Origin: an uncultured Chromatiales bacterium
GTDB taxonomy: Bacteria > Bacteroidota > Ignavibacteria > SZUA-365
Length of the DNA: 64,000 nt
Assembly: GCA_964635845.1 (NCBI GenBank)
Contig: CAZWNO010000009.1
Location: forward strand, 1,622 to 65,621
Reading direction: 5' to 3'
Shown here: positions 18,951 through 27,758 of the stretch, piece by piece
How positions within the stretch are numbered: position 1 is the stretch's first letter
How the letters are laid out: each line of letters starts with the position of its first letter
Translations under genes and position numbers: made by a program
The notes under the pieces: model-generated
Told to the model about the DNA's origin: nothing
The model's database searches: none
What the model saw: the letters and a program-made list of their open reading frames with translations, nothing else

Positions 18951-19927
18951 CGCCTCTTTCCCTCGGTGAGCAGCGAACGCATTTCGCGCAGCTCTTCCAT
19001 ACCTTCGGAGAACACCGTTGAGAGTCTGCCGAGAAGCGCGATGAGTTTTTCTGCATCCACCGCGACGAACTGTTCATGGACGAGCGGTGTCTCATCCTGA
19101 CCCTCCCCTGTTGTCGGACGCACTGATACAGCCTCCGGACGCGCCGATGCTCGTGGGGCGTGCTTGGGTGATTGAACCGTTGGAAATGCAGATTTTCCGG
19201 AGGACGGCACGATGCGTCCGGCGTCGGCGTCGGCCTTCATGTTCATCAGTGCGTTGTACACCCGTGTGGAAATCTGCGCGGACTTCCCATTCCTGATGCT
19301 GCCGATTGTCATGGATGTAATGCCCGTGATCCTCGACACCCCGTTTGCCGACCAGCCTGCTTCGAGCAGGGAGCGCAGGGCGGAACGGGCGTCCATCAGC
19401 TTCTCGTCCGCGAGGAGTGCAGGAGCGCTTTTTACATGGACAGGTTTTTGCGGACTGTCGATGCCGGAGTCTGCTTCTATACTCTGCTTCTCCGTCACAG
19501 GCGAAGCTTTCACAGTATCCGTGGCTGCGGCGAGCTGTTTCTCTGCCTGCCGTGCCAGTCCTTCCCGGACGTCGCAATTGAATTTGTGGAAGGAAAAAGA
19601 GTAGAGGTCCGGATTCTGCTGGACAAGGTTTTCCTTGACTATTTCCCTGAACACTCCTTTCTGCGGTACGAAGAAGAGCGTATGGTCGGCGTGCTGGAAC
19701 GCCAGATCGAGAAAATCCGTCCAGTGAAAACCGATATCCGAGTAGCGGAATATGGCCTTCGGCGAGAGCCCTTCGATCAACAGGATTTCATGTGTCCATG
19801 AACGGCTGCCGAAGAGGTTTTTCCCGATATCCCCGGGATCGAAAATGATTCCAGCGGGAGTGAGGACGAACAGGAGGACGGAATCCCGATATTCCGGATC
19901 GCGGAGAAATTGAATGCTCGTATTCAT
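18947..19927 (-). CDS. Hypothetical regulator-like protein with central helix-turn-helix
   Basis: 326 aa. Unknown ~130-aa N-domain. HTH-like segment DARSALRSLLEAGWSANGVSRITGITSMTIGSIRNG. Helical C-terminus. First gene of an apparent three-gene operon. Confidence 0.5.
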   Translation of the reverse strand: MNTSIQFLRDPEYRDSVLLFVLTPAGIIFDPGDIGKNLFGSRSWTHEILLIEGLSPKAIFRYSDIGFHWTDFLDLAFQHADHTLFFVPQKGVFREIVKENLVQQNPDLYSFSFHKFNCDVREGLARQAEKQLAAATDTVKASPVTEKQSIEADSGIDSPQKPVHVKSAPALLADEKLMDARSALRSLLEAGWSANGVSRITGITSMTIGSIRNGKSAQISTRVYNALMNMKADADAGRIVPSSGKSAFPTVQSPKHAPRASARPEAVSVRPTTGEGQDETPLVHEQFVAVDAEKLIALLGRLSTVFSEGMEELREMRSLLTEGKRR

Positions 19928-20059
19928 GGTGACAGACTATGATACCTGGAAGGCGGAACTATGTAAGGACAGCAATATCCAATGTATTATTCTTTCCGGA
20001 ACAGTCAAATGATTTTTGTTCCGCATTTTCAGATTCACCTTCGCGGGTATGACCACCAA

Positions 20060-20100
20060 ACAAAAACGGGGCTGCCCGTCGAAGGGACAGCCCCGAAGAG
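20060..20100 (-). terminator. Rho-independent terminator-like hairpin downstream of the dockerin/T9SS gene
   Basis: CGGGGCTG-N14-CAGCCCCG perfect stem (~20066-20095). On the minus strand it is followed by TTTTTGTTTGG. Confidence 0.5.
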
Positions 20101-20118
20101 TTGGGAAATGAAACAGGT

Positions 20119-21954
20119 CTATCTCGAGAGCGTCATCGAAACCGTCCGGGAATGGCTGATGCCACTCGTAAGTCCGGTCATGACCGATGTCGCCATATAG
20201 GTGCCGCTGGCGAGACCGTTCGCCTGGAAGGCAACGATATGACTTCCAGCCTCCATCTCACCGTTGATCAGCTCGGATACCACGCGTCCAAGCATGTCGC
20301 GGACCACGAGTCGCACCGCCGCGCGTTCCGGAATGTCGATACGCAGTGTTGTCGAAGGATTGAAGGGATTGGGGTAGTTCTGCTGCATCGCGAAGGCCAG
20401 CGGCGGTGCGGCAGGTCCGTTCTTCGGATTCACCGCGCCGGTGCTCCTCATCCAGTTGACTTTGATGGCGACGTAATCGAAGTTGTTGACCACCGCATTG
20501 CCGTCGGCGTCCATGTGACAGCCTTCGGGCGTCAGCCACGGCGCGGCGGCCTGTCCGGTCCATTCGAATTCCGCGAGGGGATCCGGGTAGAGCGGAGCCA
20601 GGCGACCGGGACCGTTGAGCCAGTCATAACGGAGATTTGCCTCGTAAATGTACTGATTGAGCGAGGCGCGATCCGCGTAGTTGACAACTCCATCCTCGTT
20701 CACGTCCCCGGGCCAGACAGTGCAGGGAGTCTGTCCCGGCCGCATGACGAGCACGTTGTTGATTTCTTCGATCTTTTTTATGCCGCATGCCCATGGATCG
20801 TCGACGATCACTTCGACACGGTAAAAGCCTGCCGGGAAATTCACAGGCACATCGATCAGCGCGGTGCCATTCGTCTGTGTTGCCGGGACGGAAGTAAGGA
20901 TGCTCGTAAACAACGCTGTCGAGGGATGCGGACCATAGACATTTATCGTGCAGTTCGAGGTCGTGGGTGGCGCCGTACTGGTGTAGTCGACCGCGACGGT
21001 CAGGTTATCGCCGATATAGAATGCCTTGGAGCTGAACTGCGGATTGTCCTGGACGCTGATGCCGTTGACGTCGAAGACATCAGGCGGTGCAATCACGAGG
21101 GAAGGCAGCAGGTCCGACATCTCCGAGGGAGTCGGGCCGTTGAAGTACGCCGATGAGTTAATCGTCGGCCACTGTGCCTGGATCTGCACCGCGCCGTTGC
21201 CAGGCGGATCATAATATCCCGCGTACCATTGAATCCGCATATTCACCGGAACGCCGCCTGTCAGTTTGAGCGGGCTGTTGATGTAGTTGATCGAAGCTTC
21301 GAGATGCATCTCGGAGCTGCTGAACGCCGTGCGACGGACGGTAATCTGGTCCGTCGGGACGACAACTCCCTGTGTCTGCCAGGGCCGGTGATAGCGAAGG
21401 CGCCCGGTCGGAGTCGTTGTCCATCCGGCGAGATTCGCATACGAAAAAGCGGCGACATCAGGCGGATACTGGTACCCGGGGGCCGGGAGTGCGAGGTTGC
21501 CGTCCAGATTCCCAGTGATATCCCACTGACCGTCTCGATCGAGATCGAACCAGATATTCAGCATCGTCGAATTCCTGCTCGCAAATCCCGATGGAGTTTT
21601 CAGGATGGCCGCGATGGAGAGCTGACATGCGTCGATTTTGAACCATACCTTGTTGCCCGCCGTGGTCACCGCCCAGGGATTGATCTCGACAGCATCACTC
21701 CATTCGCCGGGTGACAGTGTGCCGTCGATCACCGGTGATGTAATGCCTTCAGGAATCGTGATCGGGGCCGTCGCCTTCTGCATGCTCTCGGACGATGGTA
21801 TGATCTTCACACCACGATCCCGATCGGGTATGTGGGTACCCGGAGGAACATACCCGGGTGAATACTCTATGGTAGAGACATTCTGCGCGGTCAAGAGCGC
21901 GGATGTCATGATCATCAGCACTGAAACAGTGCAAATGCGGGAGAGAAATTTCAT
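20119..21954 (-). CDS. Secreted protein with dockerin-like repeats and T9SS type-A C-terminal sorting domain
   Basis: ORF runs to 22053. Likely start MKFLSRICTVSVLMIMTSALLTAQ. Dockerin/EF-hand-like repeats GDVNEDGVVNYADRASL and DADGNAVVNNFDYVAI. C-terminal QNYPNPFNPST...TVSMTLSR is the Por_Secre_tail signature. Confidence 0.65.
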   Translation of the reverse strand: MKFLSRICTVSVLMIMTSALLTAQNVSTIEYSPGYVPPGTHIPDRDRGVKIIPSSESMQKATAPITIPEGITSPVIDGTLSPGEWSDAVEINPWAVTTAGNKVWFKIDACQLSIAAILKTPSGFASRNSTMLNIWFDLDRDGQWDITGNLDGNLALPAPGYQYPPDVAAFSYANLAGWTTTPTGRLRYHRPWQTQGVVVPTDQITVRRTAFSSSEMHLEASINYINSPLKLTGGVPVNMRIQWYAGYYDPPGNGAVQIQAQWPTINSSAYFNGPTPSEMSDLLPSLVIAPPDVFDVNGISVQDNPQFSSKAFYIGDNLTVAVDYTSTAPPTTSNCTINVYGPHPSTALFTSILTSVPATQTNGTALIDVPVNFPAGFYRVEVIVDDPWACGIKKIEEINNVLVMRPGQTPCTVWPGDVNEDGVVNYADRASLNQYIYEANLRYDWLNGPGRLAPLYPDPLAEFEWTGQAAAPWLTPEGCHMDADGNAVVNNFDYVAIKVNWMRSTGAVNPKNGPAAPPLAFAMQQNYPNPFNPSTTLRIDIPERAAVRLVVRDMLGRVVSELINGEMEAGSHIVAFQANGLASGTYMATSVMTGLTSGISHSRTVSMTLSR

Positions 21955-22383
21955 CAAGACCTCCGAAAAAAATGTTGAGGAAAATTGCTTCCACGGAACA
22001 TCCCGTCGACAAGCAGGGCTTGCGACCGGGACAATCAGGATATAACGGATCAACTATGTGTTGTACTGCTGTGAAAATATCACTGTCAATAGCAAAACGC
22101 AATAGATACGTGAATATTTTTCACGCTGAAAAATAGATTGAAAAAGGCTACTTCCTGGATAAAAGGTGAAGAAACCTGGATAGCGTCAGTGAATGCGGCG
22201 GTGCATTTTATTCACTGTATGCAGTGTTCACTATTCGCGCACGCTATCAAGTATGTTCCGGTACGTGGCAGGAGAAGGGAGAGCAGTGTCTTGCGAAAGA
22301 TCGGTTTCGTGCGAAATTGAATCTCCACTCCGGGCGCTGTTCATTCGAAATCACCCGGTGCTGGAAGGAGAAAGGCAGGCAGG

Positions 22384-23760
22384 TCAATCAATCGATGGAG
22401 TGGATTCCCATGTCCAGGGACGCTGGAACATCATCCGGAAAGCGAAAGGAATCATGGGACCGAAGGAAATCGGATGCCGCCAGTGAAAAGCACGGATCCG
22501 CTGTTCGATCCATTTCAGCGGCGTCTCCGGAGAAATATAAAAGGTCGCGTTCCACAGGTCGTCGTCGGCTGAGACCGCGCCTTCGGCGATCGCCCTCTCA
22601 TGCAGCTGTGTCCCCGGCTGCAGGCGCCACCCGATGCCGAAATCCACGAAAAGCGCCTTGAGCGAGGGTGCGCGATGCAGCGTCTCTTCCACTGTCGCGC
22701 GCGTTTCCCCGGGACCCCCGAAAGTGGGCATGAACATGAATCCCAGCCCCTCCTCGCGCATGGTCCGCGCGTCGCGAAAGATTTCCGCGGTTCCGAAGGA
22801 CTTGCCCAGTGCTTCCAGGACAGGATCGGAGAGGCTCTCCGCGAACATGGTGAATCCAACGCCTCCTGCGCGGCGGTACAGGCGGAAAAATTCCCGATCC
22901 GCCTGTCCGGGATCGAAGACCGCGTACAGCCGCAGCTGGGCGCCGCGGCGGATGATCTCGCGCAGTGTCTCCTTGGCGTGATCCAGCGGCCGATTGAAGC
23001 CGGAGTCGACGAGCCATACGGAATGCGCGCCGTGTTTCCGCTTGAGCAGCAGCAGCTCGTCCGCGATGTCCGCCGGATCGCGGAGTGTGAACTCGCGTCC
23101 GAAGCTGCGGTAGGTGTCGCAGTAGGTGCATTTCTCCGGACAGCCCGAACGCGTGATCACCGCGGCCTCCCAGTAGCAGCGGCGGTACCGTTTTCTCTCG
23201 ATGAGATCGTGATAGTCAAAGCGGACGCGTGGATATCCCGTGATCGTGAAAGGACGCTCGATGATTTCGCCACTCTCGCCCCGGAATACGAGGCCGGGCG
23301 TGTCGAGATCGGGCCGCGGCGCGGAGTCACCCTTGCCGTTGATTTCGAGCGAGCGCACGAAATGCGAGATCGCATCGAGCGAATCGCCGGCGATGCCGTA
23401 GTCCGCCTGCATGTAATCCAGCATGCGGCTTGGAAAGGTCGTGAACGCGGTTCCCCCGAGCAGCAGCGGCGCCCGTGTCGCGGCACGCACCGCGGCGAGC
23501 AGCTCGCGGATTCCCGGCAGCGGATCGTCGTATTTCCGCATCCACTGGTTATCGCGGTTGCGGATCGATGCGCAGACGAGGTCCGGCTGCAGGTCGCGCA
23601 GCTCGCGCAGCGCGGCGGCGACGGGATCCCGCTCTCCCATGAGGTCCACGAAGCGGAGATCATGCCCGTCGTGCTGAAGCTGCCGCGCGACCATCGCGGG
23701 ACCGATGGGCAGCGGCACGAGGTAGCGGTTCATGTTGGTCTGGAGAAAAAGGATCTTCAT
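22384..23760 (-). CDS. B12-binding domain radical SAM protein
   Basis: 458 aa. N-terminal cobalamin-binding Rossmann-like domain (MKILFLQTNMNRYLVPLPIGPAMVA...). rSAM cluster motif CPEKCTYC. Confidence 0.8.
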   Translation of the reverse strand: MKILFLQTNMNRYLVPLPIGPAMVARQLQHDGHDLRFVDLMGERDPVAAALRELRDLQPDLVCASIRNRDNQWMRKYDDPLPGIRELLAAVRAATRAPLLLGGTAFTTFPSRMLDYMQADYGIAGDSLDAISHFVRSLEINGKGDSAPRPDLDTPGLVFRGESGEIIERPFTITGYPRVRFDYHDLIERKRYRRCYWEAAVITRSGCPEKCTYCDTYRSFGREFTLRDPADIADELLLLKRKHGAHSVWLVDSGFNRPLDHAKETLREIIRRGAQLRLYAVFDPGQADREFFRLYRRAGGVGFTMFAESLSDPVLEALGKSFGTAEIFRDARTMREEGLGFMFMPTFGGPGETRATVEETLHRAPSLKALFVDFGIGWRLQPGTQLHERAIAEGAVSADDDLWNATFYISPETPLKWIEQRIRAFHWRHPISFGPMIPFAFRMMFQRPWTWESTPSID

Positions 23761-23824
23761 CGGACTGCCTCATGAATCGATCAGGAAATCAGATCACCAG
23801 CTCGGGTATTAAACAGCAGGCCCC

Positions 23825-24568
23825 TTACGTTTCATCGTCTTCGGCAGGCCGCGGCTTGCGGGCGTCCAGTCCTTCGACGACGATGACGAACTCGCCCTTC
23901 GGCGGATGCGTTTCGAAATGCGCGATGACCTCCGCGAAGTCGCCGCGCACGGTTTCCTCGAACTTCTTGGTGATCTCGCGCGAAACCGAGACGCGCCGCT
24001 CTCCCATCGCCGCGTGCAATTCGCGCAGGGTCTTGAGCAGGCGGTGGACCGACTCGTAGAAAATGATCGTGCGCGTCTCCCGGGCGATCTCCGCGATGCG
24101 CGTGTTCCGGCGCTTCTTGATCGGCAGGAAGCCTTCGAAGTGGAAGCGGTCCATCTGAAGCCCGCTCGCCGTCAGGGCCGCGAGCGCAGCCGAGGCGCCG
24201 GGTACGGGAATGACCTCGAGGCCCTCCTCGATCGCCGCGGCGATCAGCAGCGCGGCGGGATCGGAGACTCCCGGCGTGCCGGCGTCCGACACGACGGCCA
24301 GTGCCTGTCCTTCGCGCAGCCGCTCGAGCAGCATCGGAATGCGCTGCCGTTCGTTGCGGGAGAAGTAGCTGATGGTGGGAGTGTCGATGCCGTGATGGCG
24401 GAGAAGATTCCCCGTCGTGCGCGTGTCCTCCGCCGCGATCAGGTCCACGTCGCGCAGGATGCGTATCGCGCGCAGCGTGATGTCGTCCATATTCCCGATG
24501 GGAGTGGAAACGACGTACAGCGTGCCGCCGCGGGGTTCGGGTCGTTCGTTGCTCATGTCTGCATTCAT
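23825..24568 (-). CDS. rsmI: 16S rRNA (cytidine1402-2'-O)-methyltransferase RsmI
   Basis: 247 aa. Tetrapyrrole-methylase fold motifs LYVVSTPIGNMDDITLRAIRIL..LIAAEDTR and ...ESPHRLLKTL-like FYESVHRLLKTL. Confidence 0.85.
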   Translation of the reverse strand: MNADMSNERPEPRGGTLYVVSTPIGNMDDITLRAIRILRDVDLIAAEDTRTTGNLLRHHGIDTPTISYFSRNERQRIPMLLERLREGQALAVVSDAGTPGVSDPAALLIAAAIEEGLEVIPVPGASAALAALTASGLQMDRFHFEGFLPIKKRRNTRIAEIARETRTIIFYESVHRLLKTLRELHAAMGERRVSVSREITKKFEETVRGDFAEVIAHFETHPPKGEFVIVVEGLDARKPRPAEDDET

Positions 24569-24634
24569 ACGAAATTTCTACGCAAGGCGCAATAAGGATT
24601 ATCAGACCGAGTTATCTGATGCGTTGAATGCGGA

Positions 24635-25462
24635 TCAGTACTCGATTTCCACTGGCTCGCCGACGATCTCGTACCAGAAGAAGCCGATACCGTCGCCGGT
24701 GACATTGAAGGGCGGGTTCTTCTGCGGCGGATCGAAGGGGGAGTCGCCGCTGGTCCAGCTCCAGCGCGAATTGATGTAATCCTCGTACGCCTTGTTTCGT
24801 ACGGTGAGCGTGTACCGGATGCGCAGCTTGCTCCCGGAACCGTCGAACAGCCAGATCAAGAATCGCTCCTCGATCATCCCGTTCGGTCGGTTCGCGAGAT
24901 TCGGGAGTGTGTACCGGCTCCACTCGCCCCAATATCCCATCCGGCTGTCGTACTTCTCGACGAGGCACTCGGTGAATATATCGCTCCCCGCGGCCGGGAT
25001 GGTGTACGTGAGTGTGTATTCCTCGGAACCGGTCGGGGATTGCTCGACGTCGATGGTCGTGAAACGCGTGGCGGAGTCTTTCGTCCGGAGCGAGGCGCGA
25101 GCGGTTTTTCCGCCGTGCCGCACAGTGAGTGCGTAGCGTTCGTCTGCGCTCCGCGCTGTGACGGCGCCGTAGTTGAAATCGAACCGAGAGGAACTCTCGT
25201 CTCTGGGCACGATGTAGGAAGCGCCGTCGTTCGCGACGCTCAGGTCCGCGTCGTTCACCATCGCCCGGGCGAAGTCGAACGGTTCGCCCAGCGGCAGGGT
25301 GCGGTTGACGCGCGCGTGGGCGAACACCGAGTCGCGCTCGAGCCGGATGAAGGCTGTGACGACGAGTTTCTCCTGGTACTCAGGCCAGTCGGGTCCCTCG
25401 ACCGTACGCTCGCAGGCAGCGAGAATGAGGAGGGACGATATCGCGATGAGCAGTGTCTTCAT
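24635..25462 (-). CDS. DUF4249-like lipoprotein (partner of TonB-dependent receptor)
   Basis: Lipobox LILAAC. ~275 aa. Sits directly downstream of and co-oriented with the TBDR (2-bp gap), the usual DUF4249/TBDR arrangement in FCB genomes. Confidence 0.55.
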   Translation of the reverse strand: MKTLLIAISSLLILAACERTVEGPDWPEYQEKLVVTAFIRLERDSVFAHARVNRTLPLGEPFDFARAMVNDADLSVANDGASYIVPRDESSSRFDFNYGAVTARSADERYALTVRHGGKTARASLRTKDSATRFTTIDVEQSPTGSEEYTLTYTIPAAGSDIFTECLVEKYDSRMGYWGEWSRYTLPNLANRPNGMIEERFLIWLFDGSGSKLRIRYTLTVRNKAYEDYINSRWSWTSGDSPFDPPQKNPPFNVTGDGIGFFWYEIVGEPVEIEY

Positions 25463-25463
25463 G

Positions 25464-27743
25464 TCAGAACTCGAAGCTGAGACCGAAGGTGGGAAGAAGC
25501 GGGAAGAGAGTGAGCTGCTTCAGCTCCCACGTATCGTCGGAATAGTTGTAATCGAGATACCGGGAGAAAGGATTCATGCGGCTGTACGTGTTGTACACGT
25601 TGATGCTCGCCTTCCAGTCCCAATCGAACCATCGGAACGCATAACTGAAATTCAGATCCAGCCGGTGATACGAGGGCATGCGGTAACCGTTGCGCTCGCT
25701 GTACAGTAGCTTAACCCAATCGTTGAGCCCGAACGAATACTGCGAAACAGGGATGGTGAAGGCCTGTCCTGTGCCATACACCCAGACGGCGGTGAATTCC
25801 CATCGCTCGCCGAGCCGGTAATTCAGCACCAGCGACACGTCGTGCCGGCGGTCATAGCGCGGTGGAAAGGTTTTCCCGTAGTTAAGCTCGGGAAAGGTCC
25901 GGTCGGTCCACGCCAGCGTGTATCCCAGCCAGCCGGTGAAACTGCCCTTGCGTTTCTGCACGAACACTTCCACGCCGTACCCCTTGCCGTTGCCGCGGGT
26001 GAGCTCGTTTTCCAGCGGCGCGAAAATCGAGAAGTACGCGTTGTCGCGGAATTCGAGCAGGTTGTTCATCGTCTTGTAATAGCCCTCGACTGAAACGCTG
26101 TACATGCCCTCGTCGAAATCGCGGCTGGCGCCGAGCACATACTGCAGGGAGTAGGAGGGCGACAGGCTGCCGGTCGAAGGGAACCACATGTCCGTAGGAA
26201 GAGCGAGATCGTTCCGTGAGACGAGATGGAGGAACTGGTTCGCGCCGATGAACGCGGCCTTGAGCGTGATCTCGTTGTCGAGCGTGTAGAACGCGGCGAG
26301 ACGCGGTTCGAGCCGGAAATACGGCCCGCGGTCGAAGTAGAAGGCGCGTCCGCCGAGCTGCGCAGTGAAGCGTTCGCTGACCTTCCATTCGTCCTGGAGA
26401 AAGAGCGAGACATCCGTTCCCCTGTGCGTCGGCAGGAAGGGATCGAAATCGAAGAACTCCTCCTCTTCAGACGAGGCCTCGGAAGTGAAGGTGTGCAGCG
26501 TCATTTCCATGCCGGCCTTGAAGCTGTGCTCGGCGCTGTGGAAGTACTCGGCCTCGGCGCGGAGGGAGTAGTCGAGAATGCCCGACACGGTCTTGAACCG
26601 CGTGTTGTCCCATTCCTCGATCTCGGAACTGAAGCGGTAGTCGCTCACGACCGCGGAAACATTGGTGAAAAGTCTGCTCCCGAAAATGTGCGTCCAGCGC
26701 AGGTTGCCCGCGCTGTTTCCCCAGCTGATGCTGAAGTCGTCGGAGTCGGTCTCTCCCGGCTCGCCCATCACGTCGCGGCCGAAGAAGCCGGAAAAGAACA
26801 GGCGGTCGTTTTCACCGAGACGGATATTGCTCTTGGCGACGAGGTCGTAGAAATAATAGTTCAGCGCGGCCTCGTCGGTCATCAGGTCCACCAGCCAGTC
26901 GAGGTACACGCGGCGCCCCGAGATCATGAAGGTGACGTCCTCGTTGATGGGACCGTCGATGGTCAGGCGCGAATCGATCATGCTGATGCCGCCCGCACCG
27001 TGGAACTTGTCCTGCGCGCCTTCGCGCATCGTCACGTCGACGACGGAGGAGAGGCGTCCGCCGTACTCCGCCGGCATGGCGCCCTTGATCAGCGTGACGT
27101 TGTTGATCGCATCGGCATTGAAGGTCGAGAGAAAGCCGCCGAGATGGGAGGGATTGTAGAGCACCATGCGGTCGAGGAGGACGAGATTCTGATCGGGACT
27201 GCCGCCGCGGATGTACAATCCGCTCGAAAGTTCCGACGCCTCCTGCACGCCCGGCAGCAGCTGCAGCGCGCGGAAGAGATCGACCTCGCCGCCCAGCGAG
27301 GGCAGGCGAAGGATCTGTTCGATGGGAACGTCGACCGCGCTGATCCGTCTCGACTCGCCTTGCCGCTCGGCCTCGACGCTGACCTCGCCCAGCTCGATCA
27401 CGGATTCCCGCAGATCGATGCGCAGGCGCAGTTCGTCGCTGTTGCTGATGGCCAGCGGTCGCGTCTCGGTCTGGTAGCCGACAGCGGATATTCGGAGGGA
27501 ATATTCTCCCGGCGCGAGTCCCGCGATGGCGAAGTATCCGTAGCGATTCGTCGCCGCACCCTTGCCCGTGCCGACGAGCAGGACATTCGCGCCGATCACG
27601 GCTTCTCCCGTGCCTGCTTCCTGCACCGTGCCGGAGATCACGGCCTGGGCGTACGTGACCGCAGGAAGCAGGAGGCTGGAAGCAGGAAGAAGGAGCAGGA
27701 AAAGTAACAGTCGATCCGTGATAATCCGTTGCATCCAATTCAT
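25464..27743 (-). CDS. TonB-dependent outer-membrane receptor with N-terminal carboxypeptidase-regulatory-like domain
   Basis: 759 aa. Signal peptide. CarbopepD_reg-like VISGTVQEAGTGEAVIGANVLLVGT...YSLRISAVGYQ. Plug and TonB box region. 22-strand barrel ending LSFEF. Confidence 0.85.
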   Translation of the reverse strand: MNWMQRIITDRLLLFLLLLPASSLLLPAVTYAQAVISGTVQEAGTGEAVIGANVLLVGTGKGAATNRYGYFAIAGLAPGEYSLRISAVGYQTETRPLAISNSDELRLRIDLRESVIELGEVSVEAERQGESRRISAVDVPIEQILRLPSLGGEVDLFRALQLLPGVQEASELSSGLYIRGGSPDQNLVLLDRMVLYNPSHLGGFLSTFNADAINNVTLIKGAMPAEYGGRLSSVVDVTMREGAQDKFHGAGGISMIDSRLTIDGPINEDVTFMISGRRVYLDWLVDLMTDEAALNYYFYDLVAKSNIRLGENDRLFFSGFFGRDVMGEPGETDSDDFSISWGNSAGNLRWTHIFGSRLFTNVSAVVSDYRFSSEIEEWDNTRFKTVSGILDYSLRAEAEYFHSAEHSFKAGMEMTLHTFTSEASSEEEEFFDFDPFLPTHRGTDVSLFLQDEWKVSERFTAQLGGRAFYFDRGPYFRLEPRLAAFYTLDNEITLKAAFIGANQFLHLVSRNDLALPTDMWFPSTGSLSPSYSLQYVLGASRDFDEGMYSVSVEGYYKTMNNLLEFRDNAYFSIFAPLENELTRGNGKGYGVEVFVQKRKGSFTGWLGYTLAWTDRTFPELNYGKTFPPRYDRRHDVSLVLNYRLGERWEFTAVWVYGTGQAFTIPVSQYSFGLNDWVKLLYSERNGYRMPSYHRLDLNFSYAFRWFDWDWKASINVYNTYSRMNPFSRYLDYNYSDDTWELKQLTLFPLLPTFGLSFEF

Positions 27744-27758
27744 CCGTGTTCCCCCTGG

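Noticed and set aside
20101-21156. 351-aa plus ORF (and other long antisense ORFs 23906..24595, 26226..27707, 56686..57759, 58249..59379, 35811..36443, 11633..12994)
   Set aside because: Each lies opposite a gene with strong domain evidence (T9SS cargo, rsmI, TBDR, uvrA, VIT-vWA, fbp/OMP). Translations are Arg/Gly/Asp-rich low complexity.
22138-22320. 60-aa ORF in the low-GC spacer
   Set aside because: TTG start and AT-rich codon choices unlike every confident gene here. It spans the inverted-repeat operator-like sites, so the region is more likely regulatory.
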